64,000 bases of DNA from Clostridiales bacterium (GCA_021736985.1 JAIPEW010000012.1:13526-77525); one strand, 5' to 3'. Positions 51,477 to 63,590 are shown, numbered from the stretch's first letter. Program-made: numbers and translations. Notes: generated by a model not told the origin, from the sequence alone.

Positions 51477-52544
51477 ATGACAGCAAAGCAGCGTAATACT
51501 GTGTACCAGCACGTGAGTGTTGCCGGGCCGGAACCTGAGATAATAGGCAGGGCCGGCCCTGTTTTGCGAGAGGGTGGGTTGGTAGCTTTCCCAACTGAAA
51601 CAGTTTACGGTCTGGGGGCAAATGCACTTGATGCCGGGGCAGTAGGTGAAATATTTACTGCGAAAAACCGTCCTGCTGATAATCCCTTGATTGTGCACCT
51701 GGAACGTAAAGAACAGGTCTATAATGTAGCTTTAAAAATTAATAGAACTGCAGAGAAGTTAATGTCTGCTTTTTGTCCGGGCCCCCTCACCCTGGTTTTG
51801 CCCGGCAGAAGCAATCTTCCCGTGGAAGTGACTGCTGGACTGAACACGGTGGCTGTAAGAATTCCCGATCACCCGGTAGCCCTGGCACTTTTTCGCGAGG
51901 CCGGTGTGCCGGTAGCTGCTCCCAGTGCAAACTTGTCGGGAAGACCGAGCCCAACTACGGGGGAACATGTTTTGGAAGACTTAAAGGGTAAGGTTGATAT
52001 GATACTGGACAGCGGGCCCGTAGGTGTGGGAGTGGAATCTACAGTAGTGGATGTGACCGGTGATATACCGCTAATACTTCGTCCCGGGGGAGTGACTCCC
52101 CGCCAGATAGAAGAAACAGTGGGTAGCGTGGAACTGGCTCCGGGAGCAGCCGGAAATTATGAGTGTGCAGGAGGCAAGCCCCTTTCTCCGGGGTTAAAGC
52201 ACAAGCATTATGCTCCCAGTGTACCCATGTTTTTAGTTGAGGGCATTACTGAAAATGCAGTAAAAGTTATAATGAAATTTATATGCGAATATAAAGAAAA
52301 AGGGAAAGATGTAGGAGTTCTTTCTCCTGAAGAATCTGCACATCGTTATAGCAATGCAAAAGTTGTAGAGTACGGGAGCAAAAAAGATCCCGCGAGTATG
52401 GCTGTTGGCCTGTATAGTGCCCTGCGAGAAATTGACAGCCTGGGGGTGGACATTATTCTGGCCGAGGGTATCGGCAGTGAAGAAATAGAGCTTGCAGTAA
52501 TGGACCGCCTGAGGCGCGCGGCGGACAAAGTTATAAAAATTTAA
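51477..52544 (+). CDS. tsaC: Threonylcarbamoyl-AMP synthase (Sua5/YwlC)
   Basis: FPTETVYGLGA, KNRPADNPLIVH, APSANLSGRPSPT, HYAP. Confidence 0.95.
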   Translation: MTAKQRNTVYQHVSVAGPEPEIIGRAGPVLREGGLVAFPTETVYGLGANALDAGAVGEIFTAKNRPADNPLIVHLERKEQVYNVALKINRTAEKLMSAFCPGPLTLVLPGRSNLPVEVTAGLNTVAVRIPDHPVALALFREAGVPVAAPSANLSGRPSPTTGEHVLEDLKGKVDMILDSGPVGVGVESTVVDVTGDIPLILRPGGVTPRQIEETVGSVELAPGAAGNYECAGGKPLSPGLKHKHYAPSVPMFLVEGITENAVKVIMKFICEYKEKGKDVGVLSPEESAHRYSNAKVVEYGSKKDPASMAVGLYSALREIDSLGVDIILAEGIGSEEIELAVMDRLRRAADKVIKI

Positions 52545-52566
52545 TTTTATTTTTTGGGGGATTTGC

Positions 52567-53115
52567 GTGGCTGTACTAACCTTATTGATACTTGCGGTAG
52601 CACTGGGAACCGATGCTTTTTCCATGTGCCTTGGCCTTGGAATGGCCGGTGTTAACCGCAGGCAGATTATAATAGTTAGCTTCACCGTACTGGCGTTTCA
52701 CATGATAATGCCTCTTATCGGGTGGTTCATAGGTGATATTCTCGGTGCTTTTCTGGGCAGGGCGGCAAGTATCGCCGGGGCCCTGGTGCTGGTTTACCTG
52801 GGTATCCGTATGATTTACACTGCTTGGAAAGGGGAAGAAGAAGTTGAGCACGGGGAAGCACTGGTGAGCATAAGCAGCATGTTTTTACTTGCTGCCAGCG
52901 TCAGTATGGATGCTCTTAGCGTTGGTTTTACACTTGGCACGCGTGATGTGAATTTGCCAATTACTGTAGCGGTTATAGGCCTGGTGGCAGGAATTATGAC
53001 TGGTATTGCTATGATCATGGGAAAATTCATAGGTGCCCGTATTGGAGAAAAAGCCGTAGGAATAGGCGGTGTACTTCTTGTTGGAATAGGTGTAAAAATG
53101 TTTTTAATGAGCTAG
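52567..53115 (+). CDS. mntP: Manganese efflux pump MntP family
   Basis: ALGTDAFS and SVSMDALSVG duplicated motifs. Confidence 0.88.
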   Translation: MAVLTLLILAVALGTDAFSMCLGLGMAGVNRRQIIIVSFTVLAFHMIMPLIGWFIGDILGAFLGRAASIAGALVLVYLGIRMIYTAWKGEEEVEHGEALVSISSMFLLAASVSMDALSVGFTLGTRDVNLPITVAVIGLVAGIMTGIAMIMGKFIGARIGEKAVGIGGVLLVGIGVKMFLMS

Positions 53116-53178
53116 GAGAGTAAAACAACTCCTTGCTGAAAAAATATTTTTTATTGATAGAGCAGGTGAAAGAATACT

Positions 53179-53667
53179 ATGAGTAAAAGAAAAAAAATAA
53201 TTTTTGTGTGTACTGGAAATACTTGCCGGAGTGTAATGGCAGAAGCAATAGCAAAAAATAAGTTAAAAAACAACAGCAGCATACCAGCGGAAATTGATAT
53301 AGAATCTGCCGGTACAACTGCAATGCCCGGCTTGCCGCCTTCTGAAAATGCTGTTAAGGCATTGGAATCGCTGGGAATAGATGCAGGTGAATTTATTTCT
53401 AACCTGTTAGAAAAAGAAGATATAGAACAAGCCGACCTGGTATTAACTATGACAGCTTCTCACCGCAACCAGGTTAGGAATATGGTCCCGGCGGAGTGTA
53501 ATGATAAAGTTTATACGCTGGCGGAATATGCAGGTGTAGGTAATGATGTCCTTGATCCTATCGGGGCTTCAGCAGATGTTTACCGGCAGTGCGCAAAAGA
53601 AATTGAATTAATGTTAAACAAAGCACTGGAAAACTTTATGTCGAAAAAGGATGACAGCAAATATTAA
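53179..53667 (+). CDS. Low-molecular-weight protein arginine/tyrosine phosphatase (YwlE-like)
   Basis: FVCTGNTCRS, DVLDP. Confidence 0.92.
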   Translation: MSKRKKIIFVCTGNTCRSVMAEAIAKNKLKNNSSIPAEIDIESAGTTAMPGLPPSENAVKALESLGIDAGEFISNLLEKEDIEQADLVLTMTASHRNQVRNMVPAECNDKVYTLAEYAGVGNDVLDPIGASADVYRQCAKEIELMLNKALENFMSKKDDSKY

Positions 53668-53734
53668 ATCTAGTATATTTAAAAGGATAAATTTTATAAA
53701 ATATTGAAGTATAAATGCCAGGAGGGAAACTGAA

Positions 53735-54187
53735 TTGAGAATAGTTTTTGCTGCAGATCACGGGGGAGTACATTTAAAAGAGTATTTAATAAATTTTGTA
53801 AAAGAAGACTATGATTGCAAAGATTTTGGGACTTATACGGAGGAATCAGTGGATTATCCTGACATGGCCTTGCTGGTATCAGAAGCTGTTGCCGGGGGGG
53901 AATTTGACCTGGGTGTACTGTGCTGTGGTACAGGTATAGGTGTGTCAGTTTCAGCTAATAAAGTGCCTGGTGTTCGCGCGGCATTGTGCCATGATGTTTT
54001 TTCTGCACGTATGGCCCGCGAACACAATAATGCCAATATAATTACCATGGGTCAGAGAGTAATCGGGCCCGGCCTGGCAGGAGAAGTTTTAAAGTCTTTT
54101 TTGAATGCGCGTTTCTCAGGGGGTAGACATGCCCGCCGGGTAAACAAAATACAGGGCATTGAAAAAAGATACTGCAATCCACGGTAA
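53735..54187 (+). CDS. rpiB: Ribose 5-phosphate isomerase B
   Basis: ADHGG, VDYPD, CGTGIG, AREHNNAN, GGRH. Confidence 0.96.
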   Translation: MRIVFAADHGGVHLKEYLINFVKEDYDCKDFGTYTEESVDYPDMALLVSEAVAGGEFDLGVLCCGTGIGVSVSANKVPGVRAALCHDVFSARMAREHNNANIITMGQRVIGPGLAGEVLKSFLNARFSGGRHARRVNKIQGIEKRYCNPR

Positions 54188-54214
54188 TAAATACGGAAGG
54201 AGCAAATTACGAAT

Positions 54215-55447
54215 ATGGATTTTTCTACACCTCTTAGTAAAGTGGACCCGGAAGTTTCCCGGGCGATAGATCTGGATAAAAAAAGGCAGCGAACCACGCT
54301 GGAGCTAATTGCTTCGGAAAACATGGTTAGTGGTGCAGTGATGGAGGCACAGGGTTCGGTGCTCACCAATAAATATGCTGAAGGATACCCGCATAACCGC
54401 TATTACGGTGGATGCGAGTATGTGGATATAGTTGAGGATCTGGCAATACAGAGGGCCAGGGAAATCTTTGGGACCAGTTATGCAAATGTGCAGCCCCATT
54501 CCGGTACCCAGGCGAATACGGCAGTTTATTATCAATTTCTAAAGCCGGGGGGGAAGATCATGGGTATGGACCTTGCTCACGGGGGACATTTAACTCACGG
54601 GTGCAAGGCCAATATCTCGGGAAAATATTTTGATATTATTTTTTACGGTGTTGATGAAAACACCTTTTGCATTGATTATGACAGGGTAAGAGAAATCGCC
54701 CGGAAAAATCGCCCGGACATGATTGTAGCAGGAGCCAGTGCATATCCAAGGTGCATAGATTTTAAAGTATTCCGGGAAATCGCAGATGAAGTAGGCGCTT
54801 ATTTGATGGTAGATATGGCCCATATAGCTGGCCTGGTGGCAGCTGGTGAGCATATGAGCCCGGTTCCATACAGCCACGTGATAACTACAACTACTCATAA
54901 AACCTTGCGGGGGCCCCGGGGCGGAATGATATTATCCGGTGAAGAATACGGCAATGCTATCGACAAAGCTATTTTCCCCGGTATCCAGGGAGGTCCGCTC
55001 ATGCACGTGATTGCTGCCAAAGCCGTAGCCCTGGGAGAGGCATTGAGCCCTGGTTTTAAAGATTATCAAAAACAAGTAGTTAAAAATGCCCGTGCAATGG
55101 CCGGTGTTTTACTTGAGCGCGGGTATGATTTATTGTCCGGGGGGACAGATAACCACCTGCTCCTTTTGGACCTGCGATCTAAAGATATTACAGGTGCGGA
55201 TGCTGAAACCGTACTTGATGATGTAGGTATAACAGTAAATAAAAATGCTATTCCTTTTGATCCCCGTCCACCGGCAGTGGCCAGCGGTATCAGGATTGGA
55301 ACACCTGCTGTTACTACTCGCGGGCTTAAGGAAAAAGATGCAGAAGAAATAGCCCGTGTAATTGATACAGCTCTTACTGCACCGGAGAAAAGGGAAGAAG
55401 CACGCAAAAAAGTCCGTGAGATCTGCGAGCAGTTCCCTGTTTATTAA
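54215..55447 (+). CDS. glyA: Serine hydroxymethyltransferase
   Basis: [27 protein letters not shown]. Confidence 0.98.
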   Translation: MDFSTPLSKVDPEVSRAIDLDKKRQRTTLELIASENMVSGAVMEAQGSVLTNKYAEGYPHNRYYGGCEYVDIVEDLAIQRAREIFGTSYANVQPHSGTQANTAVYYQFLKPGGKIMGMDLAHGGHLTHGCKANISGKYFDIIFYGVDENTFCIDYDRVREIARKNRPDMIVAGASAYPRCIDFKVFREIADEVGAYLMVDMAHIAGLVAAGEHMSPVPYSHVITTTTHKTLRGPRGGMILSGEEYGNAIDKAIFPGIQGGPLMHVIAAKAVALGEALSPGFKDYQKQVVKNARAMAGVLLERGYDLLSGGTDNHLLLLDLRSKDITGADAETVLDDVGITVNKNAIPFDPRPPAVASGIRIGTPAVTTRGLKEKDAEEIARVIDTALTAPEKREEARKKVREICEQFPVY

Positions 55448-55635
55448 TTGCACATATACGGGGACGGTTTTTGACTTGAATTTAACACTCAGCGCACTTT
55501 GAAGGATTGTGTTAATAATCAGCAGGTGAACATATGCTTTTACTCCTCTCCTTCCTGCAGTGAAGTTATGTTGAGTGCCGGGCCCTTTTGTTCAAGTTAG
55601 TATTTTGCGTTTTAAACTGGAGTTTTCTAATTTAA
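55444..55635 (-). repeat. TTAA-bounded element (modules A, C; RE2)
   Basis: Reverse complement TTAAATTAGAAAACTCCAGTTTAAAACGCA...module C homolog...AATTCAAGTCAAAAACCGTCCCCG...TTAA. Confidence 0.82.
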
Positions 55636-55656
55636 CTTATACGGGAGAAATTTACT

Positions 55657-56112
55657 ATGGAAACCAGGCCTTCCTGGGACAAGTATTTTATGGATATATG
55701 CCGGGTGGTAGCATCGCGCTCTACCTGCCTGAGGCGGAAGGTAGGGGCAGTTGCCGTACGGGATAACCGTATATTAGCTACGGGATACAACGGGGCCCCG
55801 GCTGGCTTGACGCACTGCATAGATGCCGGCTGCTTGCGCGAGCAGCTTGGCGTCCCTTCTGGCGAGCGCCACGAGCTCTGCCGGGGGCTCCACGCGGAGC
55901 AAAATGCCATAATACAAGCCGCTGTCTACGGGATCCCCCTGGGCGGGGCTGTATTTTACTTGACTAACCAGCCGTGTATTGTTTGTGCCAAAATGTTGGT
56001 TAACGCGCAGGCGCGTCGCGTGGTTTACGAGGGCGGTTACCCTGATGATCTTGCAGTTGAGGTGTTTAAAGAAGCAGGTATTCCCCTTGAGCATTTTGAG
56101 AAAGATGATTAG
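55657..56112 (+). CDS. dCMP deaminase / ComEB family
   Basis: [29 protein letters not shown]. Confidence 0.93.
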   Translation: METRPSWDKYFMDICRVVASRSTCLRRKVGAVAVRDNRILATGYNGAPAGLTHCIDAGCLREQLGVPSGERHELCRGLHAEQNAIIQAAVYGIPLGGAVFYLTNQPCIVCAKMLVNAQARRVVYEGGYPDDLAVEVFKEAGIPLEHFEKDD

Positions 56113-56191
56113 TATATAATGCATATAGTTTAATATCTTGCTATAGTACAAATGAAAGTTGTTTTCTAACTTCTGCAAGGTGGTGCTGAGT

Positions 56192-56500
56192 GTGCAGAAA
56201 AAAATAGTTACCCTGCCCAGGCTCAACAACCTGACACCTACCATGGAATCTACGGCGCTAAAGCTAATGGAAGAAGCAGGTGAACTGGCCCAGGTAATAG
56301 GAAAGTTCCGGGGAATGAGTGGAGAGGCTACGGCCCTGGAAGAGCAAGAAGTTTTGAGACGAATAACAGGGGAACTTTTGGATGTGGCCCAGACGGCAGT
56401 TTCCATGATGTTCGTGCTGGAAGAAAATCACGGTGTTGACATAGAAACAGAGCTGCAGGAGCATATTAAAAAACTGAAGGAAAAAAATTATCTGGATTAA
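56192..56500 (+). CDS. MazG-like nucleotide pyrophosphohydrolase
   Basis: EEAGEL...ELLDV acidic motif; GTG 56192 after AAGGTGG. Confidence 0.82.
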   Translation: MQKKIVTLPRLNNLTPTMESTALKLMEEAGELAQVIGKFRGMSGEATALEEQEVLRRITGELLDVAQTAVSMMFVLEENHGVDIETELQEHIKKLKEKNYLD

Positions 56501-56505
56501 TAAAA

Positions 56506-56695
56506 GTAATACCAGCGACGGTCCTTAACATGAATTGCTCACAACGGAGTATGAAAATTCTTTCAGCAACCATGTATAGGCCGGTGGTACTCGGAGCGGA
56601 CGTGCGGAGGCGCATTCTCCGGCGCCCGAGGCTGATTGAGCTCGGACAATTCTATGTGCCGAAGTAGGGAGCGGAGAACAAAGTTTTCTGATCAA
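56506..56695 (-). repeat. Element copy with unique GC-rich module D and RE2
   Basis: Reverse complement TTGATCAGAAAACT...GAATTTTCATACTCCGTTGTGAGCAATTCATGTTAAGGACCGTCGCTGGTATTAC. Confidence 0.8.
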
Positions 56696-56754
56696 ACCCT
56701 CATGCCGCCTTTAACTATTTTGTGTTAAATAATATTTACCAGGAGAATGATAAA

Positions 56755-57906
56755 TTGTTAAAAATTCTCGTTGTTTTTGGTACCCGGCCGGAGGCAGTAA
56801 AAATGGCTCCGCTTATAAAAGAGCTCAAAGAGGAAGATGCAGTCGATTGCAAAGTTTGTGTAACAGCACAGCACCGGGATATGCTTGACCAGGTATTAAG
56901 CCTGTTTCATATTCAACCGGATTATGATCTGGATATTATGCATGCGGGGCAGGGCCTTTTTGATATTACGCGCCGGGCCCTGGGCGGATTAAAAGAAGTA
57001 ATAGAAAAAGAAAATCCAGGCCTAATACTTGTACATGGGGATACAACTACCACTTTTACTGCTGCCTTAAGCGCTTTTTATTTGCAGGTTCCCGTGGCTC
57101 ATGTAGAAGCAGGTCTGCGCACTGGTAATAAATTTTCACCTTTCCCGGAAGAAAAAAATCGCCACATGACAGGAGTGCTTGCTGATATACATTTTGCACC
57201 TACCCCTGGAGCTAAAAAAAACCTGTTAAAAGAGAATGTCCCCGGGGATAACATTTTTGTTACCGGTAATACTGTGATTGACGCGCTTCTGGCTGTAGTG
57301 GAGAAAAAATATACATTTTATGATCCTGTTTTGAATAAATTAGACTTTAATAATAAGAAAATATTGTTGGTAACAACTCACAGGCGGGAAAACCTGGGCA
57401 CCAAAATGAGAGATATATATTATGCCCTGCGTGAAGTGCTGGATGCTTGTCCTGAGGCTGAAATTGTCTTCCCTGTGCATAAGAATCCCGTTGTCCGGAA
57501 AGCAGTAGATGAGATCCTGGGAGGGCAGGAAAGGGTGCATCTTATAGACCCGCTGGATTACCGCCCGTTTGTAAACTTAATGCAAAGATGCTGCGCGGTG
57601 TTAACAGATTCCGGTGGAATGCAAGAAGAAGCCCCGTCTCTCGGGAAGCCGGTGCTGGTTTTGCGGGATACTACAGAACGACCGGAAGCAGTTGAAGCAG
57701 GTACTGTAAAATTAGTTGGTTCCCGGCAGCATGATGTCAGGCAGGAGACATTACGTATTCTGCAGGACGAAAATGCTTACCGGATCATGGCAGAAGCCGT
57801 AAACCCTTACGGAGATGGAAAAGCCTGCAAGCGTATAATTAATTACATAAAGTACTGGCGAGGAAAAACAACAAGCAAACCTTCATGTTTTATTGTAGAA
57901 AAATAG
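56755..57906 (+). CDS. wecB: UDP-N-acetylglucosamine 2-epimerase (non-hydrolysing)
   Basis: FGTRPEAVKMAP, HGDTTT, HVEAGLR, TDSGGMQEEAP. Confidence 0.96.
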   Translation: MLKILVVFGTRPEAVKMAPLIKELKEEDAVDCKVCVTAQHRDMLDQVLSLFHIQPDYDLDIMHAGQGLFDITRRALGGLKEVIEKENPGLILVHGDTTTTFTAALSAFYLQVPVAHVEAGLRTGNKFSPFPEEKNRHMTGVLADIHFAPTPGAKKNLLKENVPGDNIFVTGNTVIDALLAVVEKKYTFYDPVLNKLDFNNKKILLVTTHRRENLGTKMRDIYYALREVLDACPEAEIVFPVHKNPVVRKAVDEILGGQERVHLIDPLDYRPFVNLMQRCCAVLTDSGGMQEEAPSLGKPVLVLRDTTERPEAVEAGTVKLVGSRQHDVRQETLRILQDENAYRIMAEAVNPYGDGKACKRIINYIKYWRGKTTSKPSCFIVEK

Positions 57907-58022
57907 CTGTAATTTGTTATAATTGAAAATATAAAAAATTGTAGCAGGAATTAACTGGTGACGCAGAGAATGATAAGTAAGTAGTAATTTGCAAAATTAT
58001 CAAAAAATTATGCAAAAATATT

Positions 58023-58040
58023 TTGTGGTAGTTATCACAA
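58023..58040. promoter_or_regulatory. Rex-like operator upstream of the atp operon
   Basis: TTGTG-gtagttat-CACAA, an 18-bp palindrome with Rex spacing. Confidence 0.55.
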
Positions 58041-58186
58041 AAAAATAAAAAAATATGAAGGAATAATAGTATCCTTTATAGAAATAAATTACCAGTAAAA
58101 TTGTCACCTATATGACAATAGTGTAAATAAAAAAGCACTTCTGGTAATAAATGTTATTCTAAGTATAAAGAGGGTAATATGAAAAT

Positions 58187-58423
58187 ATGGGTTATAAAGA
58201 ACCTAAAAACAAGAGTCCTATTCTTAGCGCAATATCTGTAACTACTGTTATCGGTGCAGAACTCGCTATAATGGTGACTGTTGGTTTTTACGCCGGCAAG
58301 TTCCTGGATGCCGGTCTGGGTACTTCCCCGTGGTTAATGGTTGCTGGTATTTTGTTAGGAGTAGCTACAGGGACATGGGGAATTATAAAAACACTAAACA
58401 GGTTCTGGAAGGATGTGCAATGA
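58187..58423 (+). CDS. AtpZ/AtpI family protein
   Basis: Two TM segments, GKFLD...TSPWL; first gene of the atp operon. Confidence 0.85.
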   Translation: MGYKEPKNKSPILSAISVTTVIGAELAIMVTVGFYAGKFLDAGLGTSPWLMVAGILLGVATGTWGIIKTLNRFWKDVQ

Positions 58424-58847
58424 CCTGGTGTATAAGCCTGCACCCTTTAATGATTTAAATACACAGTTTTCTCGCGGCGCAAGGTTGACAATTGCCGTGC
58501 TGGCAGTATGTAGTTCAGGTTACTTATTTAAAGTTATACCAAACGTTTTTATATCTGGAATAATAGTTGGTGGGGTAACAAGTATATTAAACGCTTACTT
58601 TTTGAAAAACAGGTTAAAAATGCTTGTAGACTTCCAGAAAGCACAGGCCAGGGTTTTTTTAAGACAGAATTACTACCTGCGATTTTTACTTATTATAGTT
58701 GTTCTCTTTTTTGCTTCCCGTGTTGATTTATTAAGTATCCTGGGCGTGGGAGCAGGCCTTATGCTGGTACCTTTTATAATTTCTGTTGATGCGGCTGTCA
58801 CGCTATGCCGTCATTTAGGTGTACATGACGCCGTTGACAAGTTATAA
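58413..58847 (+). CDS. atpI: ATP synthase protein I
   Basis: Four-TM protein before atpB, YYLRF motif. Confidence 0.75.
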   Translation: MCNDLVYKPAPFNDLNTQFSRGARLTIAVLAVCSSGYLFKVIPNVFISGIIVGGVTSILNAYFLKNRLKMLVDFQKAQARVFLRQNYYLRFLLIIVVLFFASRVDLLSILGVGAGLMLVPFIISVDAAVTLCRHLGVHDAVDKL

Positions 58848-58864
58848 AATTTACAGGGAAAGGG

Positions 58865-59617
58865 GTGAGGGATGTGGCGGCAGAAGAAGCCAGTAAATCA
58901 ATGGTTGAGCAAGTACATGAATCTTTAAATGTCTGGGGGTTTCCCCACGGGCCGGTAGACCTGGGTTTTGGTGCTATAAACTTGGAGCCTGTTATTATGG
59001 CCTGGGTAGTCATGATATTAATTGCAATTTTTACTGTTCCTCCTACTAGAAACATGAGTTTAAAAAGGCCCGGCAAATGGCAGTTAATGGTTGAAGAGCT
59101 TTATAACTTCTTAAAAGGGCTGGTAAACGAAAATTTAGATCCCAGAAAAGGCGCTGGCCTGATGTGTCTGATATTTACATTGTTTTTATTCTTGTTGTTT
59201 AGCAACCTGTGGGGACTAATACCAACTATGATGTCTCCTACGGCTGACTTGAATGCGCCTATTGCACTAGCGGTAATGGTTTTTGTGCTCAGTATACTGC
59301 TGGGGATCAAGTACAAAGGAGTTAAATATTTTAAACATTTTATAGAACCGTTCTTTTTCTTTTTACCTTTAAGTATACTGGAAGAGCTTGCCAAGCCTAT
59401 TACGCTGGCTTTCCGTTTATACGGAAATATTTATGCAGGCGAGGTATTAATTGCCGTGCTGCTGGGGATGTTCCATTTTACAGGAACAGTGCTCGGTGGT
59501 TTTATCCCGTCGGTAATATGGTATGCTTTTAGTATATTTGTAGGTTTTATACAGGCATTCATTTTTATTATGCTCACTATAGCTTATATTTCCCAGGCTG
59601 TAGAAGAAGTGCACTAA
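58865..59617 (+). CDS. atpB: ATP synthase Fo subunit a
   Basis: SPTADLN, LAFRLYGNIYAGE, IQAFIF. Confidence 0.97.
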   Translation: MRDVAAEEASKSMVEQVHESLNVWGFPHGPVDLGFGAINLEPVIMAWVVMILIAIFTVPPTRNMSLKRPGKWQLMVEELYNFLKGLVNENLDPRKGAGLMCLIFTLFLFLLFSNLWGLIPTMMSPTADLNAPIALAVMVFVLSILLGIKYKGVKYFKHFIEPFFFFLPLSILEELAKPITLAFRLYGNIYAGEVLIAVLLGMFHFTGTVLGGFIPSVIWYAFSIFVGFIQAFIFIMLTIAYISQAVEEVH

Positions 59618-59678
59618 TAACTATACTGTGCCGCAGCAATTATGTTGTAATATTATCTCTATAATTATGGAGAGATAA

Positions 59679-59957
<279 letters not shown>

Positions 59958-60094
59958 GATTAAGTTTGGAATAATTACTAAGTTTTACAACCTGCGTGGT
60001 GAGGGGCGGTATAGCAGGTTTGGGTTTTTCCTGGATCTGCTATCGCCTTCCTTTTATCTGCGGTCATTGCGACGAGTGGAAAGGAGGGTAAATT

Positions 60095-60601
60095 GTGGGT
60101 GAAATTTTAGATGCCCTGGGTCTTAATGCTACTGTTTTTGCACAAATAGTTAACTTTATTGTATTGTTAATTTTCCTTCGCGTTGTGGTTTACCCTCACA
60201 TTGTAAAATTGCTGGAAAAACGTCAGCAGAGTATTGAAGACAATGTAAAATCAGCTGAAGAAGAAAGACAAAAAGCTGAAGAACTGCGAAGGCAGTACGA
60301 AGCTGACATGCAAAAGGCGAAGGAGGAAGCCAACGAAATAATTCAAAAAGCTACAAAGTCCGGGGAAGAAGAAGCCAAATCTATAATAAAAGCAGCAAAC
60401 GATGAATCCGTAAAAATAAAAGAACAGGCCAAGCAAGATATAGAAAGAGAAAAAGAAAAAGCTGTATCCGAGCTGCGTGAACAGGTAGCTGAGCTATCTA
60501 TCATGGTAGCCGGAAAAGTTGTAGATGAGAAGATTACTTCTGATGTTCAGCGTAAAGAAATTAATGAATTTATCAAGGAAGCAGGGGATCTGCCATGTTA
60601 A
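60095..60601 (+). CDS. atpF: ATP synthase Fo subunit b
   Basis: QIVNF TM segment followed by coiled coil. Confidence 0.95.
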   Translation: MGEILDALGLNATVFAQIVNFIVLLIFLRVVVYPHIVKLLEKRQQSIEDNVKSAEEERQKAEELRRQYEADMQKAKEEANEIIQKATKSGEEEAKSIIKAANDESVKIKEQAKQDIEREKEKAVSELREQVAELSIMVAGKVVDEKITSDVQRKEINEFIKEAGDLPC

Positions 60602-61137
60602 AAGGGGCCGTAGCGGGACGTTATGCAGAGGCCCTGTACGAAGTTGCGGTAGCGGAAGAAAAGGTGGATCAGCTGGAAAAAGAACTTTTGACAATAGCAA
60701 ATATGCTGGAGCAGGAAAAAGATTTGCAAAAGCTGCTTAACCACCCGCGTATTACCGCTGCCGATAAAAAAAATGTTCTTAAGGCCTCATTCGAAGGTAA
60801 AATCTCCGAGATTGCACTAAATTTTGTATCTTTAGTAATAGACCGGGGACGAGAAAATTTTATTCCCGATATGATAAACGTATTTGTTGAATACGCTAAC
60901 CAGGCTAGGAACATCAGTGATGTAGAAGTTACTTCGGCAGTAGAGTTAAGTAAAGAAGAGCGTGCAAACCTGGTAGAGGCGCTCGGTAAAGTTACAGGTA
61001 AAGAAGTCAGAGCAAGTCATTCTGTAGATCCCTCTCTCATCGGGGGAGTGGTTGTCCAGATTGGCGATAAAGTTATGGACGGTACTGTAAAGGCCCGTCT
61101 GCAATCCCTGAGAGAGCACCTCCGGCAAATTAGTTAG
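60595..61137 (+). CDS. atpH: ATP synthase F1 delta subunit
   Basis: AGRYAEAL, DPSLIGG...DG. Confidence 0.95.
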   Translation: MLKGAVAGRYAEALYEVAVAEEKVDQLEKELLTIANMLEQEKDLQKLLNHPRITAADKKNVLKASFEGKISEIALNFVSLVIDRGRENFIPDMINVFVEYANQARNISDVEVTSAVELSKEERANLVEALGKVTGKEVRASHSVDPSLIGGVVVQIGDKVMDGTVKARLQSLREHLRQIS

Positions 61138-61153
61138 GATAGGGGTGAACTAG

Positions 61154-62668
<1,515 letters not shown>

Positions 62669-62714
62669 TCGCACGGCACCCTGTTTACTTCATAGCGAGG
62701 TGGTGAGTAAATAA

Positions 62715-63590
62715 ATGGCGAGTTTGCGCGATCTTCGGCGCCGCATCCAGGGCATCAAAAAAACCCGGCAGGTCACTAAGGCTATGCAGGCTGTTTCAGC
62801 TGCCAAAATGCGGCGTGCCCAGGAGGATGTGCTGGCAGCCAGGCCCTTCGCACGGCGGGTGCGCGGCGTATTGGGAAGAGTCGGTTCTGCATCTGTAGGG
62901 GTGCAGCATCCACTGTTAACAGTACGTAAACCGGAGAAGGTAGCCTATATAGTAATGACCGGTGACCGCGGTCTTTGCGGTGCTTTTAACGGAAATATAA
63001 TTCGCAAGGCGGAAGAGGCAGTGAAACAGCACCAGGATGCAGACCTGATTTGCGTGGGGCGCAAATCCCGTGATTTCTTCCGTAAGCGCAAGTATAATAT
63101 TGTGCGGGAGTATATAGGGATTGGTGAAAGCGCTGACCTGGAATTAACCAGGGAAGTCGTAAAGTATGCTTCTGATAAGTTTACTGATGAAGAATATGAC
63201 GAGGTTTACCTGGTATATGCAGAATTTGTGAATGCACTGGTGCAAAAGCCCATGGTAGAAAAGCTTTTACCGGTAGAAAACCTGGGAAGTGAAAATGACC
63301 AGGGAGAGAAGCAGGAAGAAAAAGGCGCCAGGGTAGAGTATATTTTTGAACCTGATGTAGAGTCTATGTTGGCCCAGCTGCTTCCCATGTACGTGGAGAA
63401 TTCAATTTTCCAGGCTTTCCTGGAAAACAAGGCCGGAGAGCATAGTGCACGAATGACAGCCATGGATAATGCTACTAAGAATGCCGATGAAATGATAGAA
63501 AACCTTACCCTGTCTCTGAACCGCGCCCGTCAGGCTGCCATTACCACGGAAATTAACGAGATCGTCGGCGGTGCCGCCGCTCTGGAGTAG
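62715..63590 (+). CDS. atpG: ATP synthase F1 gamma subunit
   Basis: DRGLCG, RMTAMDNAT, RQAAITTEI. Confidence 0.98.
   Translation: MASLRDLRRRIQGIKKTRQVTKAMQAVSAAKMRRAQEDVLAARPFARRVRGVLGRVGSASVGVQHPLLTVRKPEKVAYIVMTGDRGLCGAFNGNIIRKAEEAVKQHQDADLICVGRKSRDFFRKRKYNIVREYIGIGESADLELTREVVKYASDKFTDEEYDEVYLVYAEFVNALVQKPMVEKLLPVENLGSENDQGEKQEEKGARVEYIFEPDVESMLAQLLPMYVENSIFQAFLENKAGEHSARMTAMDNATKNADEMIENLTLSLNRARQAAITTEINEIVGGAAALE

Noticed and set aside
49806-56406. Long antisense ORFs (49806-50462, 50712-51233, 55774-56406) and similar ones elsewhere
   Set aside because: Shadow frames opposite well-supported genes.
55657-56500. dCMP deaminase plus MazG as an anti-phage nucleotide-depletion system
   Set aside because: The deaminase is the short housekeeping ComEB type without the kinase-like domain of defence dCTP deaminases, and it sits in a core gene run.
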